Assembly (NCBI GenBank): GCA_049325535.1
Contig: JBMOKY010000001.1
Span: 93,002-157,001, forward strand
From: Patescibacteria group bacterium
Lineage (GTDB): Bacteria; Patescibacteriota; Patescibacteriia; UBA10025; JAHIVO01
Length of the DNA stretch: 64,000 bases
Direction of reading: 5' to 3'
The stretch's first letter is position 1. The number at the start of each line of letters is the position of its first letter. The notes below the pieces were generated by a model. The model was not told the DNA's origin, ran no database searches, and saw nothing but the letters and a program-made list of their open reading frames with translations. This document shows, piece by piece, positions 18,188 to 27,373 of this stretch. The position numbers and the translations under genes were made by a program.

Positions 18188-19285
18188 TTAAATCGGCAGC
18201 TCGACTGCGTCGGCCGATGAGGGCGGAGGGGTTGCATTGTCATCGGACTGGCTGCTGAGAGCGGCATCTATCTGCCAGCCGATTTTTCGCTCAAAACTGA
18301 ACTGATCATTGAGCGGCTCCTTCAGATATGCCAGTTTGATGGTGGTGCCGGTGCGGGTATTGTACAGGATACTGGAGAGTTCGGTGAATTGGCCGGATTG
18401 GGAAATGGTACTCCCGACAAACAGGGTGGCACCGGCCCGTTCGGCGACATGCCGGCGGGCGTCGGTGTCGTGGCTTGCCGGAATAGTATCCAGGCGCATC
18501 TGATGCAGCGCGTCCCAGAGTGCCCCGCTGGACAGTACCGGAAATAGGCGGGCGCTGGTCAGTCGCTGGGTGATGAAGTTTGATATTTTTTGGGCCACCA
18601 AGTCGAAACCAGGGATGTGCGGCGTTTGATTTTCCACTGGAAAAATCAGACAGCCGAGTTGGACGGTTTTTTGGCTGGGGCGAGGGACGCTGCCTGGGCT
18701 GGCCGCTTGGTTTGGCGGCGGAGCGCCGATGGTGCTCGGGATGGAGCCGCTCCCGGCGCGCGGCGGCGGGGCGATTGACGATTTTTGTTCGCCGGAATCA
18801 GGAGCGTCTTTCCCTTGTTGCTGTTCTTCGCGCTGGACTTCCTCAGCCCGTTCCCGTTTGTGGAGGGTTTTCATCATTTTTTCCCGGCGTCGCGCCCGGG
18901 ATTGTTCTTCTAGGGTGGGGCCGGTGTCGTGGGGGGTGGCATCGTATTCGGTCTGGCTGGCTTGGCCGTAGACTTTATTCAGGGCGATATCGGAGACGCG
19001 CGGCCTGGTTTCGGTGATGCCCATTTTTTTGGCAAGGCGGCTCATTTTGAACGCGCCGGTGGTTTTGGCATTATCCACTACTTTATTGAAAAACTTTTTT
19101 GCCTGGAATTTGGTCATACTGGCAGCGTCGCCTTTGTACGCAAATTTGCGCAGGTCTTTGTCCTGTTGCATGAATTTTTTCAGCCGGGTTTCACTGACCT
19201 GGTGGCCGTATTTGTCAGTAACCAGGTTTTTGGCTATCTGTCGGGCCGTGCCGAGCTTTATTTTTGGTAGGTTCGCTTTGGGCAT
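18188..19285 (-). CDS. hypothetical protein with a basic N-terminal domain, a disordered Pro/Gln-rich linker and a C-terminal domain
   Basis: The ORF is 18188-19354 with an alternative start. An internal ATG (MPKANLPKIK...) at 19285 is the first canonical start, but the SD is weak, so the start is uncertain. Confidence 0.45.
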   Translation of the reverse strand: MPKANLPKIKLGTARQIAKNLVTDKYGHQVSETRLKKFMQQDKDLRKFAYKGDAASMTKFQAKKFFNKVVDNAKTTGAFKMSRLAKKMGITETRPRVSDIALNKVYGQASQTEYDATPHDTGPTLEEQSRARRREKMMKTLHKRERAEEVQREEQQQGKDAPDSGEQKSSIAPPPRAGSGSIPSTIGAPPPNQAASPGSVPRPSQKTVQLGCLIFPVENQTPHIPGFDLVAQKISNFITQRLTSARLFPVLSSGALWDALHQMRLDTIPASHDTDARRHVAERAGATLFVGSTISQSGQFTELSSILYNTRTGTTIKLAYLKEPLNDQFSFERKIGWQIDAALSSQSDDNATPPPSSADAVELPI

Positions 19286-19455
19286 GGGTATAGTATACCT
19301 CCCGAACCACCCTCTTGCCAAAAAACCGGCTTTGGTGTACGGTATGCGGTACACATTACTAATCTAATTATTAACTCCCTTGGAAGGAGCAACTGGATAG
19401 GCGACTATCGCGGTATATTCTGCCATCTCCGGTTCGCTCCTCCACAAAATATTTT

Positions 19456-20652
19456 ATGACTGACGACACAGCGAAAAAATCAGCCATGCAGGAATTACTT
19501 GACAGCGGCGAGCAGCCACAACTCCCCGCGGTCAATGACGTAGTCAAGGCAACCGTGATCAATGCTTCGAGCAATGAAGTACAACTGGACATCGATGGGA
19601 TCACCACCGGCATCGTCCGGGGCAAAGAAATGATCGACGAATCCGGTACCTATGAACACCTCAAAGTCGGCGATCGGGTGGAAGCCACCGTTTTGGAATT
19701 GGAAAATGAGCGCGGCGAAATGGAACTTTCATTCCGCCAGGCCGGACATCAGAAAGCGTGGAATGAGCTGGACCGTCTGCTGAAAGAAGGCGAGGTTATT
19801 GGTGTACCGATTATCGAGGCGAATAAGGGCGGACTGATGGCCAAGGTCGGTAATATCGAAGGCTTTCTGCCGGTTTCCCAATTGACCGTGGAACACTATC
19901 CGCGCGTCGAAGGTGGTGATAAGAACAAGATTCTCGAACTGCTGTCCCAATTCATCGGCCAGGAACTGAAAGTTAAGGTGATCGACGTCAATGAAGTAGA
20001 CAATAAACTGATCGTCTCGGAAAAAGCCGCTTGGGAAGAAAAACAACAGGAAATTATTTCGCAGTACAAAGTAGGCGATGTGATCGAGGGACGTGTCACC
20101 GGCGTGGTTGATTTCGGCGCTTTTATTGAATTCGGCGAAAATCTCGAGGGATTGGTGCACATTTCCGAATTAGCCTGGCAGCGTATCGACGATCCGAAAG
20201 ATTATATTAAAGTGGGCGAAACCGTGAAGGCAAAGATCATCAGCATTGATCGGTCTCGCATCTCCCTGTCGATCAAGGCGCTCCAGGACGATCCGTGGAA
20301 ACATGTCACCAGTAAATATAAGGTGGGCGATATTGTCACCGGCGTGGTACTGAAAGCAAATCCGTTTGGCGCATTTGTGGAGCTGGACCGGGATATACAC
20401 GGACTGGCTCATATCTCAGAACTGTCAGATAAACGGATCAGCGATCCAGCAGAAGTGGTCACTGCCGGTCAGGAATATAAATTCAAAATTCTCTCCATCG
20501 AACCGGCTGACCATCGCCTGGGGCTATCACTCAAAGCGGCGCACAAACCCGCTGCCGAAACCCCGCCCGCCGAACCACCGGCGGCATCAGAGCCGGCCGC
20601 TGCTACTGACGCGCCGGCCGAAACCCCGCCCGCCGAACCACCGGCGGCATAA
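19456..20652 (+). CDS. rpsA: 30S ribosomal protein S1 (short four-S1-domain form) with an Ala/Pro/Glu-rich C-terminal tandem repeat
   Basis: Repeated S1 domains (GDVIEGRVTGVVDFGAFIEF, GDIVTGVVLKANPFGAFVEL); the C-terminus is AETPPAEPPAA...AETPPAEPPAA. Confidence 0.85.
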   Translation: MTDDTAKKSAMQELLDSGEQPQLPAVNDVVKATVINASSNEVQLDIDGITTGIVRGKEMIDESGTYEHLKVGDRVEATVLELENERGEMELSFRQAGHQKAWNELDRLLKEGEVIGVPIIEANKGGLMAKVGNIEGFLPVSQLTVEHYPRVEGGDKNKILELLSQFIGQELKVKVIDVNEVDNKLIVSEKAAWEEKQQEIISQYKVGDVIEGRVTGVVDFGAFIEFGENLEGLVHISELAWQRIDDPKDYIKVGETVKAKIISIDRSRISLSIKALQDDPWKHVTSKYKVGDIVTGVVLKANPFGAFVELDRDIHGLAHISELSDKRISDPAEVVTAGQEYKFKILSIEPADHRLGLSLKAAHKPAAETPPAEPPAASEPAAATDAPAETPPAEPPAA

Positions 20653-20698
20653 TTCATCCGTCTCCACAAACGCACGTTTTGTCATCGGCCATAGGCAG

Positions 20699-20727
20699 TT
20701 GCGAAATGTGCGTTTTTTGGGTATACT
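20699..20727 (+). promoter_or_regulatory. candidate ftsH promoter (TTGCGA, 17 nt spacer, TATACT), followed by the perfect palindrome AAATCGCtttttGCGATTT
   Basis: Hexamers at 20699-20704 and 20722-20727; the palindrome lies at 20729-20747. Confidence 0.4.
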
Positions 20728-20786
20728 ATAAATCGCTTTTTGCGATTTGCAGGCGTAAGTATTATTTTTTATCCATACCAATTCTC

Positions 20787-22640
20787 ATGGGCAGAAATTT
20801 AATGAAGAATGTACTGATTTTCGTCGTCGTATTTATCGGCGTCATGCTGGTATTCAGCGTATTTAATGGTCAGACCCAGAAGCCGGAACCCCTGTCATTC
20901 AGCGGCGTGGTCGATAAAGTACAGGCCGGACAGGTCGAATCCATCACGGTGGAGGGGAATACTCTGACGGTCCAAACCAAAGATGGCGAGACATTTGAAT
21001 CCACCAAGGAATCGGACAGCGTGCCGGCACTCTTGGCTGACTATGGTGTGCCTGGGGAACGCATCCAGTCGGCAAATATTACTATCAAGGACAATAGTGG
21101 ATTTGGTTTTTGGTTGAGCGCGATACTGCCCTTCCTGCTGCCATTCGTCTTAATCGTCCTTTTTTTCTGGCTGATGATGCGCCAGGTGCAGGGGGCGAAT
21201 TCTCGGGCAATGTCATTTGGTCAGAGCGGCGCACGCGAACAAAAGGAACAGTCCCCCAAAAAGCGGGTGCTGTTTAAGGATGTGGCTGGTGTCAAAGAGG
21301 CGAAAGAAGAGCTCAAAGAGGTGATCGATTTTTTGAAAAACCCTTCGAAATTTTTGGCACTCGGCGCCACGATCCCCAAAGGCGTCCTTTTGATTGGCTC
21401 CCCCGGTACGGGTAAAACACTATTGGCTAAAGCGGTTGCCGGCGAGGCAAATGTCCCGTTTTTCCATATGTCCGGTTCTGAATTTGTGGAGATGTTTGTC
21501 GGCGTCGGTGCTTCGCGGGTTCGTGACTTATTCAAGAAAGCGAAGCGGGCCGCGCCGTGCATCGTTTTCGTCGATGAAATTGACGCCGTCGGCCGCCAGC
21601 GTGGGGCCGGGCTGGGCGGATCGCATGATGAACGGGAGCAGACGCTGAATCAGATTTTAGTGGAAATGGACGGATTTGATACTGATACGAATGTGATCGT
21701 GATGGCCGCTACCAATCGGCCGGATGTGCTCGATCCGGCATTGCTGCGCCCGGGCCGGTTTGACCGTCGGGTCGTGCTGGATGATCCGGATATCAATGAT
21801 CGCGAAGCCATCCTGAAAGTGCACGCGCGCAAAAAACCGTTTGACCAGTCAGTGAATCTGCGCGAGGTAGCCGAACGGACACCGGGCTTTTCCGGCGCTG
21901 ACTTGGCGAACGTACTGAACGAAGCGGCACTCCTGGCCGCCCGTCGTGATCAGAAATCGATCAGCCAGCGGGAATGCCTGGAGAGTATCGAAAAGGTGAT
22001 GCTCGGGCCTGAGCGGAAAAGTCGCGTCATCAGCGATGAGGAAAAGAAAACGATCGCCTATCATGAGGCGGGACACGCGCTGGTTGCCCATGTACTGCCG
22101 CACGCTGACCCGGTGCACAAAGTGTCCATCATATCCCGCGGCCGCGCCGGCGGCTATACGCTGAAAGTCCCCTCACAGGACAAACGCCTCCACTCGCGCA
22201 CTGAATTTATCGAGGAACTGGCCGTGATGCTGGGTGGCCGCGTGGCGGAGCAGGAGGTATTTTCTGAAATCACCACTGGTGCCAGCAGCGACCTGTCTCA
22301 GGCGACCCTCTTGGCTCGCCAGATCGTGACCCAGTACGGCATGAGCGAGAAGCTCGGACCGCGTACTTACGGAGAACGTGAAGAAATGGTATTCTTAGGA
22401 CGTGAGATTCATGAACGTCGCGATTACAGTGAAAAGACGGCGCAGCTCATCGATCAGGAGGTATTGCGGCTGGTGGAACAAGCGTACGCTACCTCCCAGA
22501 AAATCGTCCATAAGTTCCGTAAGCAGCTGAATCGGATTGCCGACGAACTGCTGAAGAAGGAGACACTGGAGCGTGCCGCATTTGCCAAATTGCTCGACGA
22601 CATCACCCCCGGCGCCGATAAAAAAACCGCCGTGGTATAG
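20787..22640 (+). CDS. ftsH: ATP-dependent zinc metalloprotease FtsH
   Basis: N-terminal TM anchor, AAA Walker [12 protein letters not shown] region, Zn motif HEAGHA. The start codon is uncertain (ATG at 20787 or 20802). Confidence 0.9.
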   Translation: MGRNLMKNVLIFVVVFIGVMLVFSVFNGQTQKPEPLSFSGVVDKVQAGQVESITVEGNTLTVQTKDGETFESTKESDSVPALLADYGVPGERIQSANITIKDNSGFGFWLSAILPFLLPFVLIVLFFWLMMRQVQGANSRAMSFGQSGAREQKEQSPKKRVLFKDVAGVKEAKEELKEVIDFLKNPSKFLALGATIPKGVLLIGSPGTGKTLLAKAVAGEANVPFFHMSGSEFVEMFVGVGASRVRDLFKKAKRAAPCIVFVDEIDAVGRQRGAGLGGSHDEREQTLNQILVEMDGFDTDTNVIVMAATNRPDVLDPALLRPGRFDRRVVLDDPDINDREAILKVHARKKPFDQSVNLREVAERTPGFSGADLANVLNEAALLAARRDQKSISQRECLESIEKVMLGPERKSRVISDEEKKTIAYHEAGHALVAHVLPHADPVHKVSIISRGRAGGYTLKVPSQDKRLHSRTEFIEELAVMLGGRVAEQEVFSEITTGASSDLSQATLLARQIVTQYGMSEKLGPRTYGEREEMVFLGREIHERRDYSEKTAQLIDQEVLRLVEQAYATSQKIVHKFRKQLNRIADELLKKETLERAAFAKLLDDITPGADKKTAVV

Positions 22641-22662
22641 CTAATCGTTAGGAGGAAACACT

Positions 22663-23673
22663 ATGACCCCCGCCAAAGCTACGTTCTCGTTCCGTGCCAT
22701 TTTTCAGCGCTCGTATCAGCTGACCAAAAAGAATAAGCTATTGTGGTTTTTCGGTTTCTTTGCCGCCTTCTTGGGCGTCGGCGGTGAGCTGGAATCGTTG
22801 TTTCAGAATTACAGCAGCGTCCGCGGCACGACCGAATCGATCCTCAGCCTGCAGAGTTTCTACCAGGATGGGATTTTCGGATCCATTTTTGGCAATCTGA
22901 AGGACTTCTTTGGCAGCTATCCGGCTCAGGGGTTTTTATTCCTGCTGCTTTTGTTTGTCGTGACTATCATTTTGCTCTGGCTGGCTATTATTTCTCAGGT
23001 GGCACTGTTTGACAGCGCCAAGAAACTCAGCGCTAACCGCGCCGTCAATTACAATGAGGCGTACCGCGTCGGCAATAAGTATTTCGGTTCAGTATTTCTG
23101 GTACAAGCGTTACTGCGGACAATCCAGTATGTACTCTTTGCCGTTGTCGGCAGCGTGCTGGTATCGTGGTTCCTGGACGGCAATAGCCTGACCGGCGGGA
23201 TTGCATTCGTCCTGTTTATTTTCCTGATATTGATTCCGGTTTCCATCGTCATTTCATTTTTGATCCGGTACGCCATCGCCTACATCGCCCTGAAAGACGT
23301 ACCGGCCATGGAGTCAATCAAGCGCGCCTGGCAACTCTTTCGCGGGAACTGGATCGTCAGTATCGAAATGGCGCTGCTGGTGCTGCTGCTCGGGCTGGTG
23401 GCCGGATTGATTATTGCCATCGCCATCGGTTTGGCGTCGGTACCGTTTATCCTCATCGCTATCGCTGCTACCTTTTTTGGTTCAGCCAATGGTTTTGCCA
23501 TCACTATCATCGTCGGCACCATCATGTGGTTTGTGGTTGCCGCGGTCATCGGCGCCATGTATGTGGCATTTCAGTATACCGCCTGGACCCTTTTCTTCAT
23601 GGAGCTGGATAAAAAACGGGCTGGCAGTACGGTGGTGCGGGTATTGCAGCGCTTGGGTATAGGCAATTCCTAA
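22663..23673 (+). CDS. hypothetical polytopic membrane protein
   Basis: 336 aa with 6 or more hydrophobic helices; strong SD AGGAGG 8 nt upstream. Confidence 0.6.
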   Translation: MTPAKATFSFRAIFQRSYQLTKKNKLLWFFGFFAAFLGVGGELESLFQNYSSVRGTTESILSLQSFYQDGIFGSIFGNLKDFFGSYPAQGFLFLLLLFVVTIILLWLAIISQVALFDSAKKLSANRAVNYNEAYRVGNKYFGSVFLVQALLRTIQYVLFAVVGSVLVSWFLDGNSLTGGIAFVLFIFLILIPVSIVISFLIRYAIAYIALKDVPAMESIKRAWQLFRGNWIVSIEMALLVLLLGLVAGLIIAIAIGLASVPFILIAIAATFFGSANGFAITIIVGTIMWFVVAAVIGAMYVAFQYTAWTLFFMELDKKRAGSTVVRVLQRLGIGNS

Positions 23674-23795
23674 TCCCTCATTCTTGCCATTCACCCGGAT
23701 GGGGTGTATAACGGTAAGACGGTTTTTCGTATTGACAAATGTATCCTGAGTATCAAAAGTAAGTACCCTGCCAAAAAATATATTTTTTTATCAGT

Positions 23796-23858
23796 GGGCG
23801 CATAGCTCAGCGGTTACCCGCCCGAACGGACCGTTCGGTACGGGCGGGGAGCACCACG
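23796..23858 (+). pseudogene. tRNA 5'-fragment (acceptor and D-arm only) interrupted by a GC-rich hairpin; no 3' half
   Basis: GGGCGCATAGCTCAGCGGTTA, then the hairpin CCCGCCCGAACGGACCGTTCGGTACGGGCGGG, then GAGCACCAC. The flanks match the 5' 30 nt of the downstream tRNA-Ile, but no anticodon arm, T-arm or 3' acceptor strand is present. Confidence 0.4.
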
Positions 23859-23906
23859 ATTACCTGACCCGTTGAAAAATCAATAGTAGCGAATAGCTTG
23901 GTGCTT

Positions 23907-23982
23907 GCTCGTATAGCTCAGCGGTTAGAGCACCACTCTTATAAAGTGGGGGTCGATGGTTCAAATCCATCTACGAGCACCA
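23907..23982 (+). tRNA. tRNA-Ile, anticodon UAU (reads AUA), CCA encoded
   Basis: The sequence folds as a canonical cloverleaf: GCTCGTA TA GCTC AGCGGTTA GAGC A CCACT CTTATAA AGTGG GGGTC GATGG TTCAAAT CCATC TACGAGC A CCA. U33 and A37 are present and the anticodon at positions 34-36 is TAT. Confidence 0.8.
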
Positions 23983-24035
23983 AACTATTCGTTGAAGATA
24001 TGTAATTATTGATTTTTCTATTATATCAATCCGCT

Positions 24036-24785
24036 ATGCGCTGGGTATTAGCCATTTTCGGTGGTAGTATCTTGGTAGCCGCCGCTGGCTACGTCTTTTT
24101 CCTTGCCCAGCCGACCAGTCCGCCGCAACAGATACTTCAATTCAGGTCGGTCAATACTCCCATCGTCAATACAAACACTCCTGTCCCACCGACGACGGGT
24201 AATACCAATTCTACAACTGATACATACAGCATACCGGCGGTTGGAGACGTGAATACCGAGACGAATGCCGCCCCGGTTCCGACTGCCGCGCTGACGCAAC
24301 CGTTGTCCGATTCCCGCGCCCGGGTGACCAAAAAACCTTTTGGGATATATATCACCCCGGCCACTTCGCCGGTGCAGCCGGAGCAGTTCACCGGGTACCA
24401 CAGCGGCGTCGATTTCGAAATAGCGGACAGTGAGTCTGACGCCGAGGTGGTCGCTGCTGCAGTGTGCGACGGTACGGTGCGCGTCAAACGGCGGGTGTCG
24501 GGGTACGGCGGGGTTTTCATCCACAGCTGTGTGATCGACGGAGCTGAGGTTACTGTATTGTATGGTCATCTGCAGCTAGCCAGCATCGGTTTTGCGGTCG
24601 GTCAGACGATTCACGCCGGTGATCGCATCGGGCTACTGGGTGATGGGTATTCGGAGGATACTGATGGCGAGCGGAAGCATCTGCATCTGGGCATCCACCG
24701 GGGCACGTCGATCGAATATCGCGGATACGTAGGGAGCGAGTCGCAGCTTTCTGACTGGCTGGACGCGCTGGAATACCTGCCCTAA
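24036..24785 (+). CDS. M23 family metallopeptidase (membrane-anchored)
   Basis: N-terminal TM, then YHSGVDF (HxxxD) and HLHLGIH (HxH) M23 motifs. Confidence 0.8.
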   Translation: MRWVLAIFGGSILVAAAGYVFFLAQPTSPPQQILQFRSVNTPIVNTNTPVPPTTGNTNSTTDTYSIPAVGDVNTETNAAPVPTAALTQPLSDSRARVTKKPFGIYITPATSPVQPEQFTGYHSGVDFEIADSESDAEVVAAAVCDGTVRVKRRVSGYGGVFIHSCVIDGAEVTVLYGHLQLASIGFAVGQTIHAGDRIGLLGDGYSEDTDGERKHLHLGIHRGTSIEYRGYVGSESQLSDWLDALEYLP

Positions 24786-24966
24786 ACGCAATCTACCGGC
24801 AGATGCCCGATCGGCTGTGGATTTGGTTATCCACCGATTTTGTACATCGGGATACTAACGAGACCCGTCCCGATACCCACGCATTGACAGACCGCATGCG
24901 CCTGTGGTAGGTTTGCGCATTAATCGCACATTAATTTTTTTCAACATATTTCCGTAGGAGGGAATC

Positions 24967-25716
24967 ATGAGTGCTCGTACCAAACTCTGGGGTGTGGCTG
25001 CAGCGAAGGGCAAACGCGTGTCTATGGAGGATGCTCACTTTTTTATCGAAACTCCGAATGGCTGGATCGCCGGACTCTTCGATGGCCACGGTGGCAGCGA
25101 AGGATCAGCCGAGGCTGCTCGTCTCTTTGCCGAAGAACTGGCGGCTATCCGGGAGTTTTCCCTGACTGATGAGTATCTGACGGACTTGTTCCGCCGGGTC
25201 GATCAGGCGCTGACCGGTAAAAACGGCGGCACGACCGCATTGGTGGTGATCCGCTCCGGAGATGATTGTACCTGCGCCGTGGCTGGTGACAGCCAGTGTC
25301 TCATGCTCGAGAAAGAGGGCGCCCTAGTCATCAATGAGCCTCATGATTTGACCAATGATGAGGAGCGCGCTCGAATCGTGCAGACCGGTGGTAGGATTAT
25401 CAATCGACATGGGATTGACCGTGTCGCTAACGACACCTTCACCGGCAGTCTGATGGTCACCCGTGCCTTGAACGATCCTGAGTATCAGAAGGCGGGCGTC
25501 ATACCTGATCCGGAAATCATCCATTTCACGAATGAGCTTCCCGCTCGTTTCCTCGGCCTCGTCTGTGACGGCATCTGGCAGAACGTCTCAGTAGAAACGA
25601 TGGGTGAAATCTGCAGAGGCAAACGGTCTCCCCAGATCGTGGCGGATCAGCTGGTACGGACTGCTCTCGCTGAAGGTAGCAATGACAATTGTACTGCATT
25701 GGTGGTTCGCCTCTAA
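24967..25716 (+). CDS. PP2C-family (PPM) Ser/Thr protein phosphatase
   Basis: MEDAH...GLFDGHGG...DG motifs; SD GGAGGG. Confidence 0.85.
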   Translation: MSARTKLWGVAAAKGKRVSMEDAHFFIETPNGWIAGLFDGHGGSEGSAEAARLFAEELAAIREFSLTDEYLTDLFRRVDQALTGKNGGTTALVVIRSGDDCTCAVAGDSQCLMLEKEGALVINEPHDLTNDEERARIVQTGGRIINRHGIDRVANDTFTGSLMVTRALNDPEYQKAGVIPDPEIIHFTNELPARFLGLVCDGIWQNVSVETMGEICRGKRSPQIVADQLVRTALAEGSNDNCTALVVRL

Positions 25717-25743
25717 CGCAGTTGCGTCATCACAAACCAATAC

Positions 25744-25770
25744 CCCGTCGGTAGTTTCTCTGCCGACGGG
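25744..25770 (+). repeat. family A hairpin element, copy 1 (CCCGTCGG tagtttctctg CCGACGGG followed by TTTTCTTAT)
   Basis: It lies 28 nt downstream of the PP2C stop. The loop sequence is conserved with copies 2 and 3, and compensatory stem changes keep the pairing. Confidence 0.7.
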
Positions 25771-25871
25771 TTTTCTTATGATTCCCTTATGGATGATCTG
25801 CCTCTATAAAAAGAAAATGACCACCAGCAGTTACGCTCGTGGTCATCTGAGTAGTTGATCGAGGAAAAGGA

Positions 25872-26450
25872 TCAGTACTGTGCGGGTTCGTCCTTAATGA
25901 ACGGAACCATGAAGTCACTTCTCACCTCATGGGGTTGGACTTTAGCGAGTCGACGCCCGTGGTTCTGGACATCCAGCACCGGGTAGTACCCAGTGATGCT
26001 CGAGTCATACGAGATGAGGGTGTGGCTCTTTTGCCAGTCCGGTAGGTACCATCCGATGGCAAGCAGTTCGCGCAGTGTGGCGGGATGTAACCCGTACTGC
26101 TTCATGTTCTCCACGATTTGGGAATTTTCTTGAGCGAATAGTTTTTCCGGAACCGTGAGGGCGCTCGCCTTCACCATCCAGATGTCGTAGAGCCCGCTCG
26201 AGTTTGAATCCGCCGGAAGCGTTATCTGCTCGAATGCCGGGTGGATATCCGCATAGTCGCTGTTCTCCAGGAAACTGCTCATAGGTGCCGCATAGGACAC
26301 GTGGACCGAACCGAAGAGATCATAGTTGAACGGTGAATCGGGGAAGGCTTCATTCAGCGTTTGGACCTGCTCCCCAGAAAATCCGACAATGTAGATCAGC
26401 CCGAGCGTCGGCAGCATGGCAACGCAGGCAAGGATAATAAGAGTCTTCAT
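25872..26450 (-). CDS. hypothetical secreted protein (signal peptide)
   Basis: 192 aa beginning MKTLIILACVAMLPTLGLIYIVG; no family recognised. Confidence 0.55.
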   Translation of the reverse strand: MKTLIILACVAMLPTLGLIYIVGFSGEQVQTLNEAFPDSPFNYDLFGSVHVSYAAPMSSFLENSDYADIHPAFEQITLPADSNSSGLYDIWMVKASALTVPEKLFAQENSQIVENMKQYGLHPATLRELLAIGWYLPDWQKSHTLISYDSSITGYYPVLDVQNHGRRLAKVQPHEVRSDFMVPFIKDEPAQY

Positions 26451-26562
26451 GATGTTAATCCTCTACTATGGGTGTTTTTGTTTTGGAGTTTCAAATTATT
26501 TTTAACGCATGAGCATACATCAGAAATCTATTTTTGTCAAGATATGTCCTGCCACCAAAGCC

Positions 26563-26589
26563 CCCGCCGGTAGTATCTCTGCCGGCGGG
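26563..26589 (+). repeat. family A hairpin element, copy 2 (CCCGCCGG tagtatctctg CCGGCGGG followed by TTTATTGTT), flanked by the 10-12 bp inverted repeat TTGTCAAGAT / ATCTTGACAA
   Basis: It lies between divergent gene starts at 26450 (minus) and 26724 (plus). The inverted repeats at 26534-26543 and 26612-26621 each contain TTGACA. Confidence 0.7.
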
Positions 26590-26723
26590 TTTATTGTTGA
26601 ACAGCCCGTAGATCTTGACAAAGACTCCATACCGTGATATCCTTTGCTGTTCTCAAAATAGAAAGAGCTAGGTTTAGAATAATCAAAAGTAGTTTGTTCT
26701 TCATGCAACATCAAGGAGTTCTC

Positions 26724-26996
26724 ATGCCTCCAATTACCGGACTGAACGTCCTCACCGCAATTGCAGACTTCGATGCAAGTCTGCTTGATCCGAACACCGC
26801 CCCCGTCGTCCTGGCTCATCGGAATTTCGATCCGATGGATGTCGTGGAGGCGTACAGCTGTTACCTGAATTACAGCTGGGCGGAGACGATTAAGGCCAAG
26901 ATTCAGGAAGGATTTGTGGCGGTGCACATCCAGACCGAATGGAACGGTCACAGTCACTCCACCATGATTTACCTGGTGAAATTCAAACAGAAGTAA
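26724..26996 (+). CDS. hypothetical small protein (90 aa)
   Basis: AAGGAG is 7 nt upstream of the ATG (MPPITGLNVLTAIADF...). The antisense 164-aa ORF has no SD. Confidence 0.5.
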   Translation: MPPITGLNVLTAIADFDASLLDPNTAPVVLAHRNFDPMDVVEAYSCYLNYSWAETIKAKIQEGFVAVHIQTEWNGHSHSTMIYLVKFKQK

Positions 26997-27074
26997 CCAG
27001 GTCAGATCAAACAACGCGTCGAGAGGTCACCCGGTTCGTCCAGTGATCTCTCTTTTTTTGAGAAAACCCAAACC

Positions 27075-27101
27075 CCCGTCGGTAGTATCTCTGCCGGCGG
27101 G
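27075..27101 (+). repeat. family A hairpin element, copy 3 (CCCGTCGG tagtatctctg CCGGCGGG followed by TTTTATTATTT)
   Basis: It lies between convergent genes, one ending at 26996 (plus) and one at 27149 (minus), so it is a likely bidirectional terminator. Confidence 0.7.
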
Positions 27102-27148
27102 TTTTATTATTTAAAGTATTGTCGTGAGACTGACGCGGCCATCGCACG

Positions 27149-27373
27149 TTAAATACAATCAGCAACCGGGAGACAGATATTATGTATTCCGTCCCAACAT
27201 CCACACTGGTCCTGCGGCAGTTTTTTGGCCGCTTCGCGTTCCGCCGACGTTGGGGCTGGGGGAAACGTCAGTTCGTTCATATTATTGTTTTCCTGGTTCT
27301 TCCATAGCACAAACAGAACTGCTAACAGGATCACGATTATCGCTGCAATAATAAGGGTAATTTTTTTCTTCAT
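27149..27373 (-). CDS. small membrane-anchored Cys-rich peptide (74 aa)
   Basis: MKKKITLIIAAIIVILLAVLFVLW is a TM segment; the C-terminus is CGCWDGIHNICLPVADCI. Its start overlaps the stop of the upstream 87-aa gene (ATGA). Confidence 0.45.
   Translation of the reverse strand: MKKKITLIIAAIIVILLAVLFVLWKNQENNNMNELTFPPAPTSAEREAAKKLPQDQCGCWDGIHNICLPVADCI

Noticed and set aside
23796-23858. Intron-containing or split functional tRNA
   Set aside because: Only the 5' acceptor strand, D-arm and start of the anticodon stem are present; no anticodon loop, T-arm or complementary 3' acceptor strand exists downstream.
26520-27014. 164-aa minus-strand ORF
   Set aside because: Antisense to the 26724-26996 plus-strand gene, which has a strong AAGGAG SD. 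The minus ORF lacks an SD and runs through a family A hairpin.
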